Source: Paramoeba atlantica
Lineage: Eukaryota; Protista; Discosea
Length of the DNA stretch: 64,000 bases
Reading direction: 5' to 3'
NCBI GenBank assembly: GCA_977017575.1
Contig: CDRNVI010000021.1
Location: forward strand, 496,001-560,000
How positions within the stretch are numbered: the first letter of the stretch is position 1; every line of letters starts with the position of its first letter. Shown piece by piece: positions 53,889 to 63,527 of the stretch. Both the position numbers and the translations under genes were made by a program. A model generated the notes under the pieces. That model did not search any database. It saw only the letters and a list, made by a program, of their open reading frames with translations, and was not told the DNA's origin.

Positions 53889-55577
53889 ATGATCGGAAAC
53901 GCAGAACCGATGGATAAACGGCTGCAGAGAATGCACGAAGCCCCCTACAGCACCCTGCGCAATCTCCAAGGCATCAAATACAGCCTGGGGGGGAACTCCC
54001 TCTTCCAGGGCGAACTCACCCGAGTCCAACCCGACCCCTTCGCCCCGGGCAGCCAACTCACCCTACGCTGCTCCCTCCCCTTCCTCACCTCCCTCCCCCT
54101 TAACCTCTCCGACCCCACCCACATCTCCCACATCGCCGCCGCGGACTACCTCCTTCGCCGTGCCCACGGGGCGCTCCCCAGCCCCCTCCCCCCCCTTGAG
54201 CTCCTCCCCCCCTCCCAGCACATCCTCCAGCGCTCCGCGGTGCTTCTCACCCCCGCCGGGGGCGTGGAGCTCCGCTGCCGGGTCGCGCTCCCCGGTCCCC
54301 ACCGTCGTGTCGACGCCCCGGGGTGTGCCCGGGCCTTAGTGCACGCCCCCCTGCGGGTTCTCACTCACCTCAGCCGCGTCCCCCCCGCCCACATGGGGGA
54401 CTACCTCACCCACGTGGGTGACCAGCAGGCGCTGCGGGACGCCCTCCCGGGGAGGGGGCTGTGTGGGTTCGTGGCCAATGGGGCGGTGCTCCCCAGGGCC
54501 TCGGGGACGGTGGACACGGCGCTGCCCGGGGCCCTCCCGTTCGCGTCCCCGAAGAGGCTGGAGAAAACGGTGCGGCTGCCGTCGGGGAGGGTGGTGACGG
54601 GGATGGGGATTCCGCGTGGGGTGGTTGTGATTACGGGGGGTGGGTTTCATTGGAAATCGACCCTGTTGAGGGCGTTGCAGGTGGGGGTGTATAATCATTT
54701 GCCCGGGGATGGGAGAGAGTTTGTGGTGACGGACCCGACGGCGTGTAAGATTCGAGCGGAGGATCGACGTGTGGTGACGAGCGTGGATATTGGGTCGTTT
54801 ATTAAGGAGGTGCCGTCGGGGGCGAATACGGCGGTGTTTTGTTCACCGGATGCGAGTGGGTCGACGAGTCAGGCGGCGAATATTGCGGAGGCGTTGGAAT
54901 GTGGGGCGCAGACGCTTTTGGTGGATGAGGATACCTCGGCGACGAATTTTATGGTTCGGGATGCGTTGATAGCGAGGGTCGTGGAGGCGGAGCCAATTGT
55001 GCCGTTTGTGTCTCGTGTGCGGGAATTATTTCGTACCCATGGCGTATCTATTATTCTGGTTGTTGGGGGGTCGGGGCAGTACCTGCACGTCGCAGACACG
55101 GTGTTGGGGTTGCAGGGGTACAGATGTGATGACCTTACTGATCAGGTCACAGAGATATTACGTGAGTCCCCCGGACTTTGCAGCCTCCCTCCTAAACCCA
55201 GCACTCCGCTGGTGCTTCCTCGGGATCGATGGGTTGAAGTTGGGCGCAGTTTTTGGTGTCTGAATAAAGACAGCCCAAGGGTCAAAGCTACCCGAGGCTA
55301 CATTCAGTGTGGGACGGAGGAAGTTGACATTTCTCACCTGGAACAACTTGTGGAACCCGCACAAGCGAATTTTATCGCACAAGCCTTGCTCAGGCTTGCG
55401 GAGGAAAAGCCATCGAATTCTTGCTTGAAATCCATTGGAGAAAAATTCGAGACTAGGCCAGAAGTTGAGCCCCAAACAGGCAAAAGCTGGTTTCCATTGG
55501 GGTTTTCAAGTCGTGTGCGGCGCTTTGAAATGTCCGGAGCCTTGAATCGTCTTAGGTCTCTTGTACTTCGTCTGTGA
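53889..55577 (+). CDS. ABC-class ATPase-fold protein (COG3044-type), MRB1590-like RNA-editing accessory factor
   Basis: VQPDPFAPGS, FVANGAVLPRASG, GGGFH(W)KSTLL, HLPGDGREFVV, KIRAEDRR, DASGSTSQAANIAEALE, LLVDEDTSATNFMVRD. Confidence 0.85.
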   Translation: MIGNAEPMDKRLQRMHEAPYSTLRNLQGIKYSLGGNSLFQGELTRVQPDPFAPGSQLTLRCSLPFLTSLPLNLSDPTHISHIAAADYLLRRAHGALPSPLPPLELLPPSQHILQRSAVLLTPAGGVELRCRVALPGPHRRVDAPGCARALVHAPLRVLTHLSRVPPAHMGDYLTHVGDQQALRDALPGRGLCGFVANGAVLPRASGTVDTALPGALPFASPKRLEKTVRLPSGRVVTGMGIPRGVVVITGGGFHWKSTLLRALQVGVYNHLPGDGREFVVTDPTACKIRAEDRRVVTSVDIGSFIKEVPSGANTAVFCSPDASGSTSQAANIAEALECGAQTLLVDEDTSATNFMVRDALIARVVEAEPIVPFVSRVRELFRTHGVSIILVVGGSGQYLHVADTVLGLQGYRCDDLTDQVTEILRESPGLCSLPPKPSTPLVLPRDRWVEVGRSFWCLNKDSPRVKATRGYIQCGTEEVDISHLEQLVEPAQANFIAQALLRLAEEKPSNSCLKSIGEKFETRPEVEPQTGKSWFPLGFSSRVRRFEMSGALNRLRSLVLRL

Positions 55578-55648
55578 CCTTTTTTTGCCGAGACACGGAA
55601 GTAGGACGACCGTAGCCTGTTCATAGCTTAAATTGAGGTGAATGACAC

Positions 55649-56460
55649 TCAATGACGCGAACTTTTGTAAGCTTGTGCACCCGATTCGTACGGATAAGGA
55701 TGAAACAATACCAGCGTCGTATCCTGTAAAGGCATGTGATGCAGACATACAAGGTCTGACATCCAAGAAGGACATCTCGGTAAGGCGCAGACATTGTGAA
55801 CGAGTGTGGGAGTAGACTTTGCAGATCGAATTCTAAGTTCTTTAGAGGAGCGATGAGAATGCTCATACTTCCCATCATAGTACTGCCTAAGGAACTTATC
55901 CATATCCTTAGCTAACGAGTCCACAGGTAAAACCTGAAGTACAAGTTTCCACTTGCCCTCTGGACTGTTCCATCGCCAGTAATTCTCCATCTCTCGTTCC
56001 TTAACGCCATGATGTAACGTAACGCCATTTTATGGCATCTTTGTAGAACATGAGTCCCGCGTCACGGGTCTTTGCCATCGAAACCAATACCTCAAGTAGG
56101 ATTGTTTCATCTGTAGGAATTTCGCAAAGTGTTTTTAGGCAAGTCTCTGACCCAACCTGAAGCTGCTGACGACGATCAGCAAGTATGTAGGACACCCTCT
56201 TCTATGCGCCCCATGATTTTTTGCGCAGGAAGACGTTTCTCCGCGTATTTGATCTTGTTCTTCTCTACATCCGAAAGACCAACGAAATTCAAGTTTATTA
56301 TTTCCTTGCGAGTCAAAGGCATAATCATTGTTTCGCGCAACTTGTGGCTTACCCATTTGCGCAAACGGTGGTAGATGGGAGAAGAAGAGCTGGCATACAT
56401 GTCTTCAGAAGACACAGTGTCGTCGGGAGGAAGATCCATCAAAAGGTATACAAGCTCAAA
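55649..56460 (-). pseudogene. Frameshifted antisense ORF relic of unknown origin
   Basis: Three consecutive minus-strand ORFs (56176-56442, 56001-56195, 55649-55990) chain end to end via frame changes, opposite to every host gene. Confidence 0.4.
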
Positions 56461-56485
56461 ATAAAATTTGGAACTAGAAGGTTTC

Positions 56486-56539
56486 GGATACGTTTCTACT
56501 GTATTTTCTACTCGTTTAGGATACGTTTCTACTGTATTT
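56486..56539. repeat. Direct repeat GGATACGTTTCTACTGTATTT x2 (33-bp period)
   Basis: Copies start at 56486 and 56519. Confidence 0.8.
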
Positions 56540-56703
56540 CATCAAAAAATAGTTATGCCGAAAGTTGATAGTTTTGCTGGAGAAAAAACTTCGAAAAAGT
56601 CTACTAAAAGTAGTGGTAACGTGTGCATTTCAAAATTCTGAAGCCAGGGAAGTGTATAAACTCATTCACCTCCTTGGTACTAAAACATTATAGGGAAGCC
56701 TTA

Positions 56704-56996
56704 CACCCCTCCCCAGTAATAGAATCGATTTTGGACCAAAATGACCAAATTCTTGCTACTGTGGGGGGTACGCTTTTTTGGTGGGCAAAAGCCTTTTTTG
56801 TTCATGAGTGGGTTGATTTTCTGTCCAGACAACCCCGCAACTGCGCCATTCGCTCCCGTGCAATCACCCTCACCCCGCCCAAACACCCCCTCCCCCCTCC
56901 AACCACCCTTTCGAGACAAATCCTTGTTACTGGGGGTCAGCCCAAAAATGGTCAAATCTCTGTTACTGGGGGGGTCTATTACTGGGAGGGGGGGTA
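56704..56996. mobile_element. ~290-bp MITE-like element, TA-flanked
   Basis: Left TA|CACCCCTCCCCAGTAATAGA; right TCTATTACTGGGAGGGGGGGTA|TA; internal TTACTGGGGG subterminal repeats. Confidence 0.65.
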
Positions 56997-57583
56997 TACG
57001 TTAACTTTTTTGGATCTCTACTTTATAATCCCCGCGCGCACCCGGCCACACCCGCTCGCACCGATCCCGGTCCACCCCTCTTAATATACTGGAGAGATAT
57101 GGTACGCTGGACAGTGGTTTAGTATCCGCAGATGCACGCTCTAATGAACATTTTACCTTTCTTCATTTTTTAGGGCATACGAAACGTAGAACGTAAGACT
57201 TGTGCGAAGAAGCTTAATTTTTTTCTTGTTTCGTGAGTCAATGTGATAAACCACGCTGGAATTTATAAGAGGGTGCAGGTATCATCTGTAAGTAGCAATG
57301 TTTCGTACATTTGAATCTAAGATTTTGATCAAGAAAGATTAAATCCACTAACGCTTTGTGACAAGTGGAAAACGTCAAGAATTTTTGAAACGATTTCTCG
57401 TCATTATTAAGTTGCATTTATATTGCACGGTACATCCCTGTTTTTTTAAAAATCTAAATATTTATATATTATTGTTTTTCGAGCTTCTGTAGTCAGGATA
57501 AAAAGACAGAGAAACTTGTTATCATACAACTCTGTGTTTCCATATTGTTTTGTATTGCGCTCTTTCCTTAGAAGTTAGAACAA

Positions 57584-58228
57584 ATGTCTAAAATCGCTCC
57601 GGCCACCCTTCTTGGTGCCATCAAAGAAGTGCTGAACCCGGAGAAGAAGCGAAAGTTCAACGAATCAGTCGATCTTCAGTTCAACTTGAAGAACTACGAC
57701 CCCACTAAGGACAAGCGTTTTAGCGGTTCCGTCAAACTCCCTCACATTGCTCGCCCTCGGTTCCGCGTATGTATCATTGCAGACGCCGCGCACGAGGAAC
57801 AAGCAGAGAAGCTCGGTATTCTCCACATTAACATGGATGACTTGAAGAAACTCAACAAGAACAAGAAACTTGTAAAGAAGCTTTGTGAGAGCTACGATGC
57901 CTTTCTGGCCAGCGATACCGTGATCAAGCAGGTTCCGAAAGTGGTGGGACCCCAAATGAATCGCGCCGGAAAGTTTCCTACTGCAGTCTCTCCAGGGGAT
58001 GATCTGGTCGGAAAGATAAAGGAAATCCAATCCACAGTAAAGTTTCAACTGAAGAAAGTTCTGTGTCTCGCATGTTGCGTGGGTCATTTGAAGATGGGTG
58101 ACGATGAAGTACGGCAGAACACAACTATGGCCATCAATTTCCTCGTCTCCCTCTTAAAGAAGAATTGGCAAAACCTCAGCAGTGTGTACTTAAAGTCAAC
58201 CATGGGAAAACCACAGCGACTTTACTAA
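57584..58228 (+). CDS. RPL10A: 60S ribosomal protein L10a (uL1)
   Basis: [59 protein letters not shown]. Confidence 0.98.
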   Translation: MSKIAPATLLGAIKEVLNPEKKRKFNESVDLQFNLKNYDPTKDKRFSGSVKLPHIARPRFRVCIIADAAHEEQAEKLGILHINMDDLKKLNKNKKLVKKLCESYDAFLASDTVIKQVPKVVGPQMNRAGKFPTAVSPGDDLVGKIKEIQSTVKFQLKKVLCLACCVGHLKMGDDEVRQNTTMAINFLVSLLKKNWQNLSSVYLKSTMGKPQRLY

Positions 58229-58380
58229 TTTGAAGCATGCGAATGTGAATGAAGTTTGTGTGATAATGTAATGGCAAAGAACGGGGAAAGTGGACAAAGC
58301 AAAATTAGGAGATTAAATTGACATCAAGATACACAAATAATGCGCTTTTCAGGTGCGTTTTTTAAACGTGATAATCATGG

Positions 58381-58432
58381 TCATTATACGACATTTTGGT
58401 GCATTATACGACATTATACGATATTTTGGTGC
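58381..58432. repeat. Short repeat cluster CATTATACGA(C/T)ATT x3
   Basis: tcattatacgacattttggtgcattatacgacattatacgatattttggtg. Confidence 0.7.
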
Positions 58433-58646
58433 TCATTAATATAATCATGGAGTACACTCTCAGCTACATTACAATCCTTCAGTTTCAATTGGAATATATA
58501 ATAAGATATTATATTTTCATTGTAACCGCCGTTTGTTTGCCTCCTTATGAAAACTATGCAGTAATTTATACTATCAAATATCGATGCGATATCAATTGGG
58601 ATCAAATCAAGCTTTTGATAACTTCCACTGAGCGTTTAGCGCCGTC

Positions 58647-60344
58647 ATGTTCTTCCGGCAAAAACTGCAATATCACGCTGAATCATCAACCCAACATCTT
58701 ATTAAGCTCCCCTTCGTTCGTACGTTAAACTGTTCTCGACATAATACTCCAACCTATCTTTCCATACGGGAGCAATTGTTTGCCTCCAAAACTTCTACCG
58801 AAAAGGAACGACAGTATCAACGTCTTGCTTCTTCCCATGGTTATGTTCCAGGTGATGAAATTCTACACCATTTGTTGCTTTCCCACACAGCGGAGCGCAA
58901 CTATTCACGTGTCCTGATGCTTCTTCAAGAACTAGGCTCTTCCGGACGACGTCCTCTCCCGGAAGAGATTGTTGAAAAATTAGCTACTTCGGTGGGATAC
59001 CTTCACACGCTCCTCTGGGAAGGGCAAGGTCGCATTGCGCCGCATATAGCAGAGGATTTGCTACTTCCCTTATGGAGAGTGACACTAGATCTTGTCACCC
59101 GCCCTTATCTATCCAATTGCCCGTTGCAAAAGCAGCGTGCTAGTGTGCTTGGCCGCACCACACTTCGTGTTGCGACGAATAAAACGTTGTATAACTTTTC
59201 TATGGATATACTCCAGTGCTTATCTCTTTTAGGTTGTGTTCCAGGCATGAAGATTCTTCTCATGGGCATCATGGATGTGTCGGAGGGTTTTGTGGAAGAC
59301 GCCAAGGATTATGAGGCAGTTTATCGCAAGCGTGGAGCCGCGCCAGCGAACTACGCCCATTGGGATGAGATTCTTTCAATTGTGATATATGGTCTGCGTG
59401 TGTCCGGCGATGACAACTTTCTGCATATCCTGGAAAAAATGTTTCCCTCCCTTACGAGGCATCCTTTCCAGTACCCTAAAGCATCACTTTATTTTTGCGA
59501 GGCGTTATTGTTTGGGAGGAAGCATCAAGAGGCACGGGAAATGCATTGCCAATTGATACGCAGTGTGAAACCAACAGGTAAGGTGTTGACAGGCGATAAA
59601 ATAACTTCATGTTCTGAATCTATAAACCTATCCGATATAGAACTTCAATTAAAACTACAGGATAGTACAATGTCGAGCGCAGAATTGCAAAACTACATCA
59701 TGACGGAGCTCGATCCATCTGTACAGGGATCATTTGGTGAGAAATCCGTAAATGGGATAGATGTTAAACTTAGCCTAGCTGTTGAAGAGCTTGCACGGCG
59801 ACGTGGTGCTTTAAGCACTCTTTATTGGCTTACTTACATCAATTCTACGGATTCTAATAAGTCAGGTTCTTTTATACAAAGGATATTTACGTGTATCCCT
59901 GCAATACCCAGAACTCTACAAGTTCTGTGTGAAGCTCTACTGAAGTCGTTAAAAGATAAAAATGTTGTTAGTTGTAAAGGCAGAAACAGTGATCTTACAC
60001 GTAAACTTTCTCGCTGCTTGTATCAATTTCGTTCAGTTCCTGTTTCAACATCCTATAATGAATCTCACGCTGCGAATCGTCGAACATTTGCATGTGATAC
60101 AATTGAGACTGTAGAAACTCTCCTACATACACTACTAGACGTAGGTGATATTGAAGAGATTTATTATTTTATGCTTCATCTTTCGGAGACATCATTTTTC
60201 GAGTTTTTTGATCCAAGTCTGTATGTGAAGATTTCTGCGGCTGCTCGTGATCATGGACACTACGGTCTTTGTCGACACATGAGGTTTTGCAGAGCACTAG
60301 TCAGGCCGTTAGATAGTAAAATCCTTCCATTTCTGCGCAAGTAG
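58647..60344 (+). CDS. Helical-repeat (PPR-like) protein, possibly mitochondrial
   Basis: 565-aa ORF with an MFFR-type N-terminus; ILHHLLLSHTAERNYSRVLMLLQEL resembles a degenerate PPR. Confidence 0.55.
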   Translation: MFFRQKLQYHAESSTQHLIKLPFVRTLNCSRHNTPTYLSIREQLFASKTSTEKERQYQRLASSHGYVPGDEILHHLLLSHTAERNYSRVLMLLQELGSSGRRPLPEEIVEKLATSVGYLHTLLWEGQGRIAPHIAEDLLLPLWRVTLDLVTRPYLSNCPLQKQRASVLGRTTLRVATNKTLYNFSMDILQCLSLLGCVPGMKILLMGIMDVSEGFVEDAKDYEAVYRKRGAAPANYAHWDEILSIVIYGLRVSGDDNFLHILEKMFPSLTRHPFQYPKASLYFCEALLFGRKHQEAREMHCQLIRSVKPTGKVLTGDKITSCSESINLSDIELQLKLQDSTMSSAELQNYIMTELDPSVQGSFGEKSVNGIDVKLSLAVEELARRRGALSTLYWLTYINSTDSNKSGSFIQRIFTCIPAIPRTLQVLCEALLKSLKDKNVVSCKGRNSDLTRKLSRCLYQFRSVPVSTSYNESHAANRRTFACDTIETVETLLHTLLDVGDIEEIYYFMLHLSETSFFEFFDPSLYVKISAAARDHGHYGLCRHMRFCRALVRPLDSKILPFLRK

Positions 60345-60649
60345 TGGTGATACGTAGTTATTCCCTCTGAGAAGTATTTTTCACATTTTAATTGGGTATT
60401 TAGTCTTATAAATCAAATTATTATTTTGGCACTGAATTTTGGCGCTTATAGTTTTATTTTTGCTAGTGCCATCATATCTACTTATTATGAATCTGTGAAG
60501 CAGAGGTTTTTTTTTAACGAGGAACTATTTTACATGGGCTTAAATACGGCATATAACATCTCTGGTTTTTTGGGCAAACGGTGACCACTTGTTCATCGCG
60601 TTGATTTCTACACGAGCACCCCAGTTTATACGTCAGCGATCTTTTCAGC

Positions 60650-63409
60650 ATGGTAGCTGACGAACCCCGTAGAAAGTTTCCTGCTCGGGACCGTCTTCCT
60701 TCTACAGAAGCTATAAATAAGAGGCTTCTGAAGGTGTGTTCTCTGAGTTTTCCTCTAGATACCACCAAGCCTGAGTTCTTTCATTCTCTCGTAATGACGC
60801 TCGTGAATATTAGCTCAGAAACCTTTGTAGAAAAGGAAAGGCAATGGGACGCGCTAATAGCACTTCTTCAGGGTCTTACAATTGCTTTGGTCGATAATTC
60901 ATTGGAATTTGTCACTTCAGCAGCGGTGGGAATCATTGTAAAGGATGTTTTCCCGTGTGCCTTTCTTTTCAAAACTGACGGGAAGAGATCTTATTGTAAT
61001 CAACGTCTTCGAAAATTGTACGAAGATTTCAGATTTTACGTTATTGTCGTATTAGACGCCCTGGCAAGATTCTATCCGAAAGCGCTCCTTGAGCATTGGG
61101 AATATATTTTACCAAAGTACAAGGCTGAAGTAGACTCGCCGTTTGGACGTCATTTGTTTTCAATTGTGCTACATGATGACTACATACGCGCCAAATTGGC
61201 TGCTTTTAACTGCATTCATTCTTTATTCCAGCATTCGCACGATTTTCTGGATAACCTCTTCAAAGTTTATTTGGTCACGCCTCGTACTGCTACACATAAA
61301 AATCTATCATACACATCTCGCATGGACAAATATCGTAGCGTTCTTTTGTGTACTCATTATGGATTGAGGAAATTCCTTGAAAAACATGAGGACTATTCTG
61401 ACTTGCATGGAGCTTTGTGCCGCGTATGGCAGCAAATAGTTATTTCCACACCGTATAATGCAATGCCTGAAGCTTTGACAGTTCTTCTCTCTTTTCTGTC
61501 AGGTAATTTTTACTGCAGCATTATTTCTTCTAGGAGTGCGCAGTTACAAGGAGATGCGGCACAGGTACTACGAAACGTTTTTCTTAGGAAGTATCCGTCT
61601 GACAAAATTCTTCTTTTTCTTTCTTCCTGGAGCGGACACCGAATTGTCTACGAACTTATTCATATATGCCACAAGGATGATGATCGATTCGAGGAGAGCC
61701 TCAAAGTTTTATATGCAATGTACACAACTTATCCTAGCATTTTATGCTCGTCCTATATTTCGGATCTTCTATCAGCTTTTAAGCATGGGGCTAGCTCCCC
61801 TTCAAAAAGGAACCGGTATGCTACATTGCTCGGTCTCTCTCGCCTGGCACATATTTGGCGCTCTCGACAACCAAGATTTCAATTGGATACGGAGGAGACG
61901 TGGCTAGTAAGCTTTTTCATATCATTGTGTCACGCATTGGAGACACCAAGTTTGAAGTCATGCTTAGAAAATCCTTTTACTTCGCACGATGATCCTAGCC
62001 GAGAAAAGAGTACATTTACCTCACTTTCTCCATTAAGCAACTCTTCATCTCTGGATTTCGCTTGCAATCCCTTGAATGATCAACGAGATTTGTTCGCCGG
62101 TACATATTTGCATGATTTTTTATGTTGTGTTCTGTTCCTAATCCTCGCGAAGGACAACGACATTTCAACTTGTAAATTAGGCTTACATACACTTGCCTCA
62201 ATTTGCTGTGCTCTATCTGATCTTGACTCGTCCATTTGGCAACAACTGAAGATTTTTACTGAGTCTTGTCAAAACTCTGAACTTTCTATTCCATTAGTAT
62301 ACTTTGCTGGAGCGTTAGTTGACGCGATTACGACATCAAATGAAGCTTTTAGCGCAGAATGCGACGCATTCTTGTCTTTGTTCGAACGTATTCTCAAGAC
62401 TATTATTTGGAGTAACATCGATCTAGAATACCGACCTCTTGCATCGATACTCTGTGGGTTATTCGTCATGAAATCTGATCTTCTCTACAACATTCCTCTT
62501 CAAAGATTTTTAGGTTCTGCATGGAATTTCCTAATCAAATTCTCTTCAACTGCTCAAAAATCAAATGTATGTGTCTATGCCTTTAGAACTTGCAGCATCT
62601 GTCTTTTACTCTCTCTTGAACCAAAATTTGCTGTTGATACAATAGAAAATGTTTGCAGCAAGGAACATAGGCAAAAGTGGGCAACAATTTTCTCCAATGG
62701 TCTTTCTTCTGGCAACAAGACTATGATCAACGAAGTTTGCGCTTCTATTTTCTTGTGGCACGAAGCTTCTAAACATCATTCGAGAAAGTATTTCGCAGAA
62801 TACCTCGAACGAATCTTGCATCACGCAGAGTCTATTTCGCACGACGGCGGTCGTACGATCTCGCTAAGTATTTATCAAAAACTTGTGCAAATTGCAGTTA
62901 AAAATAGTATTAACGAAGATGTACATAGTGCATCGGTTCCGTTATACACTTTATATCGTCTCCACTATCCAGTTGGGTCAGAATCCTTGTTTTCTGAGGT
63001 TTCTGGACACCGAGCACATCATGTGTTACCTAAAAGTGATATTTCCTCCTGTTTGTTAGAACTGGTTTCGGCGACCCTTGACTGCTACTACTCCATACAG
63101 GAAAGCGCGACCATTTCTTTGGATCTGTTGAAGAACTCCTTCGCAAATCCAGATTCAAATCCGTTTTTAGAATATACAAAGATGGTTTATTCTTGGCCTG
63201 AGAAAAATCAGCGCCCTAGTACTTTCGAATGTTTGGCGGTTGTCACATTAAAGACATTAAACTTGTTGTCTTTTCATTGCGGTTCTATGAAACTTGAATC
63301 ATCATATCCTACTTTCAACAAAGTGCTATGTTCAATCGAAAACTTGGAACGTGTGAAAAAGCAGTTGTTACATCACGAACGGGACATTTTATTTTTCGAT
63401 GATGTTTAA
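60650..63409 (+). CDS. HEAT-repeat protein, HEATR6/DUF4042-like
   Basis: HLFSIVLHDDYIRAKLAAF..I..LF..S..FL, and H.GL...L...E...QIVISTPY.AM; 919 aa. Confidence 0.65.
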   Translation: MVADEPRRKFPARDRLPSTEAINKRLLKVCSLSFPLDTTKPEFFHSLVMTLVNISSETFVEKERQWDALIALLQGLTIALVDNSLEFVTSAAVGIIVKDVFPCAFLFKTDGKRSYCNQRLRKLYEDFRFYVIVVLDALARFYPKALLEHWEYILPKYKAEVDSPFGRHLFSIVLHDDYIRAKLAAFNCIHSLFQHSHDFLDNLFKVYLVTPRTATHKNLSYTSRMDKYRSVLLCTHYGLRKFLEKHEDYSDLHGALCRVWQQIVISTPYNAMPEALTVLLSFLSGNFYCSIISSRSAQLQGDAAQVLRNVFLRKYPSDKILLFLSSWSGHRIVYELIHICHKDDDRFEESLKVLYAMYTTYPSILCSSYISDLLSAFKHGASSPSKRNRYATLLGLSRLAHIWRSRQPRFQLDTEETWLVSFFISLCHALETPSLKSCLENPFTSHDDPSREKSTFTSLSPLSNSSSLDFACNPLNDQRDLFAGTYLHDFLCCVLFLILAKDNDISTCKLGLHTLASICCALSDLDSSIWQQLKIFTESCQNSELSIPLVYFAGALVDAITTSNEAFSAECDAFLSLFERILKTIIWSNIDLEYRPLASILCGLFVMKSDLLYNIPLQRFLGSAWNFLIKFSSTAQKSNVCVYAFRTCSICLLLSLEPKFAVDTIENVCSKEHRQKWATIFSNGLSSGNKTMINEVCASIFLWHEASKHHSRKYFAEYLERILHHAESISHDGGRTISLSIYQKLVQIAVKNSINEDVHSASVPLYTLYRLHYPVGSESLFSEVSGHRAHHVLPKSDISSCLLELVSATLDCYYSIQESATISLDLLKNSFANPDSNPFLEYTKMVYSWPEKNQRPSTFECLAVVTLKTLNLLSFHCGSMKLESSYPTFNKVLCSIENLERVKKQLLHHERDILFFDDV

Positions 63410-63489
63410 AAAATGTATTATGTGGCACGAACATTTATGCTTTTCGTGATCTTTTTTCTATGACATATTAGAGGGTTGAAACCTGTTAA

Positions 63490-63527
63490 GTTTTGCCGGG
63501 TTTTGCCAAGTTTTGCCTGGTTTTGCC
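63490..63527. repeat. GTTTTGCC x4 with exact 10-bp periodicity
   Basis: Copies start at 63490, 63500, 63510 and 63520. Confidence 0.85.
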
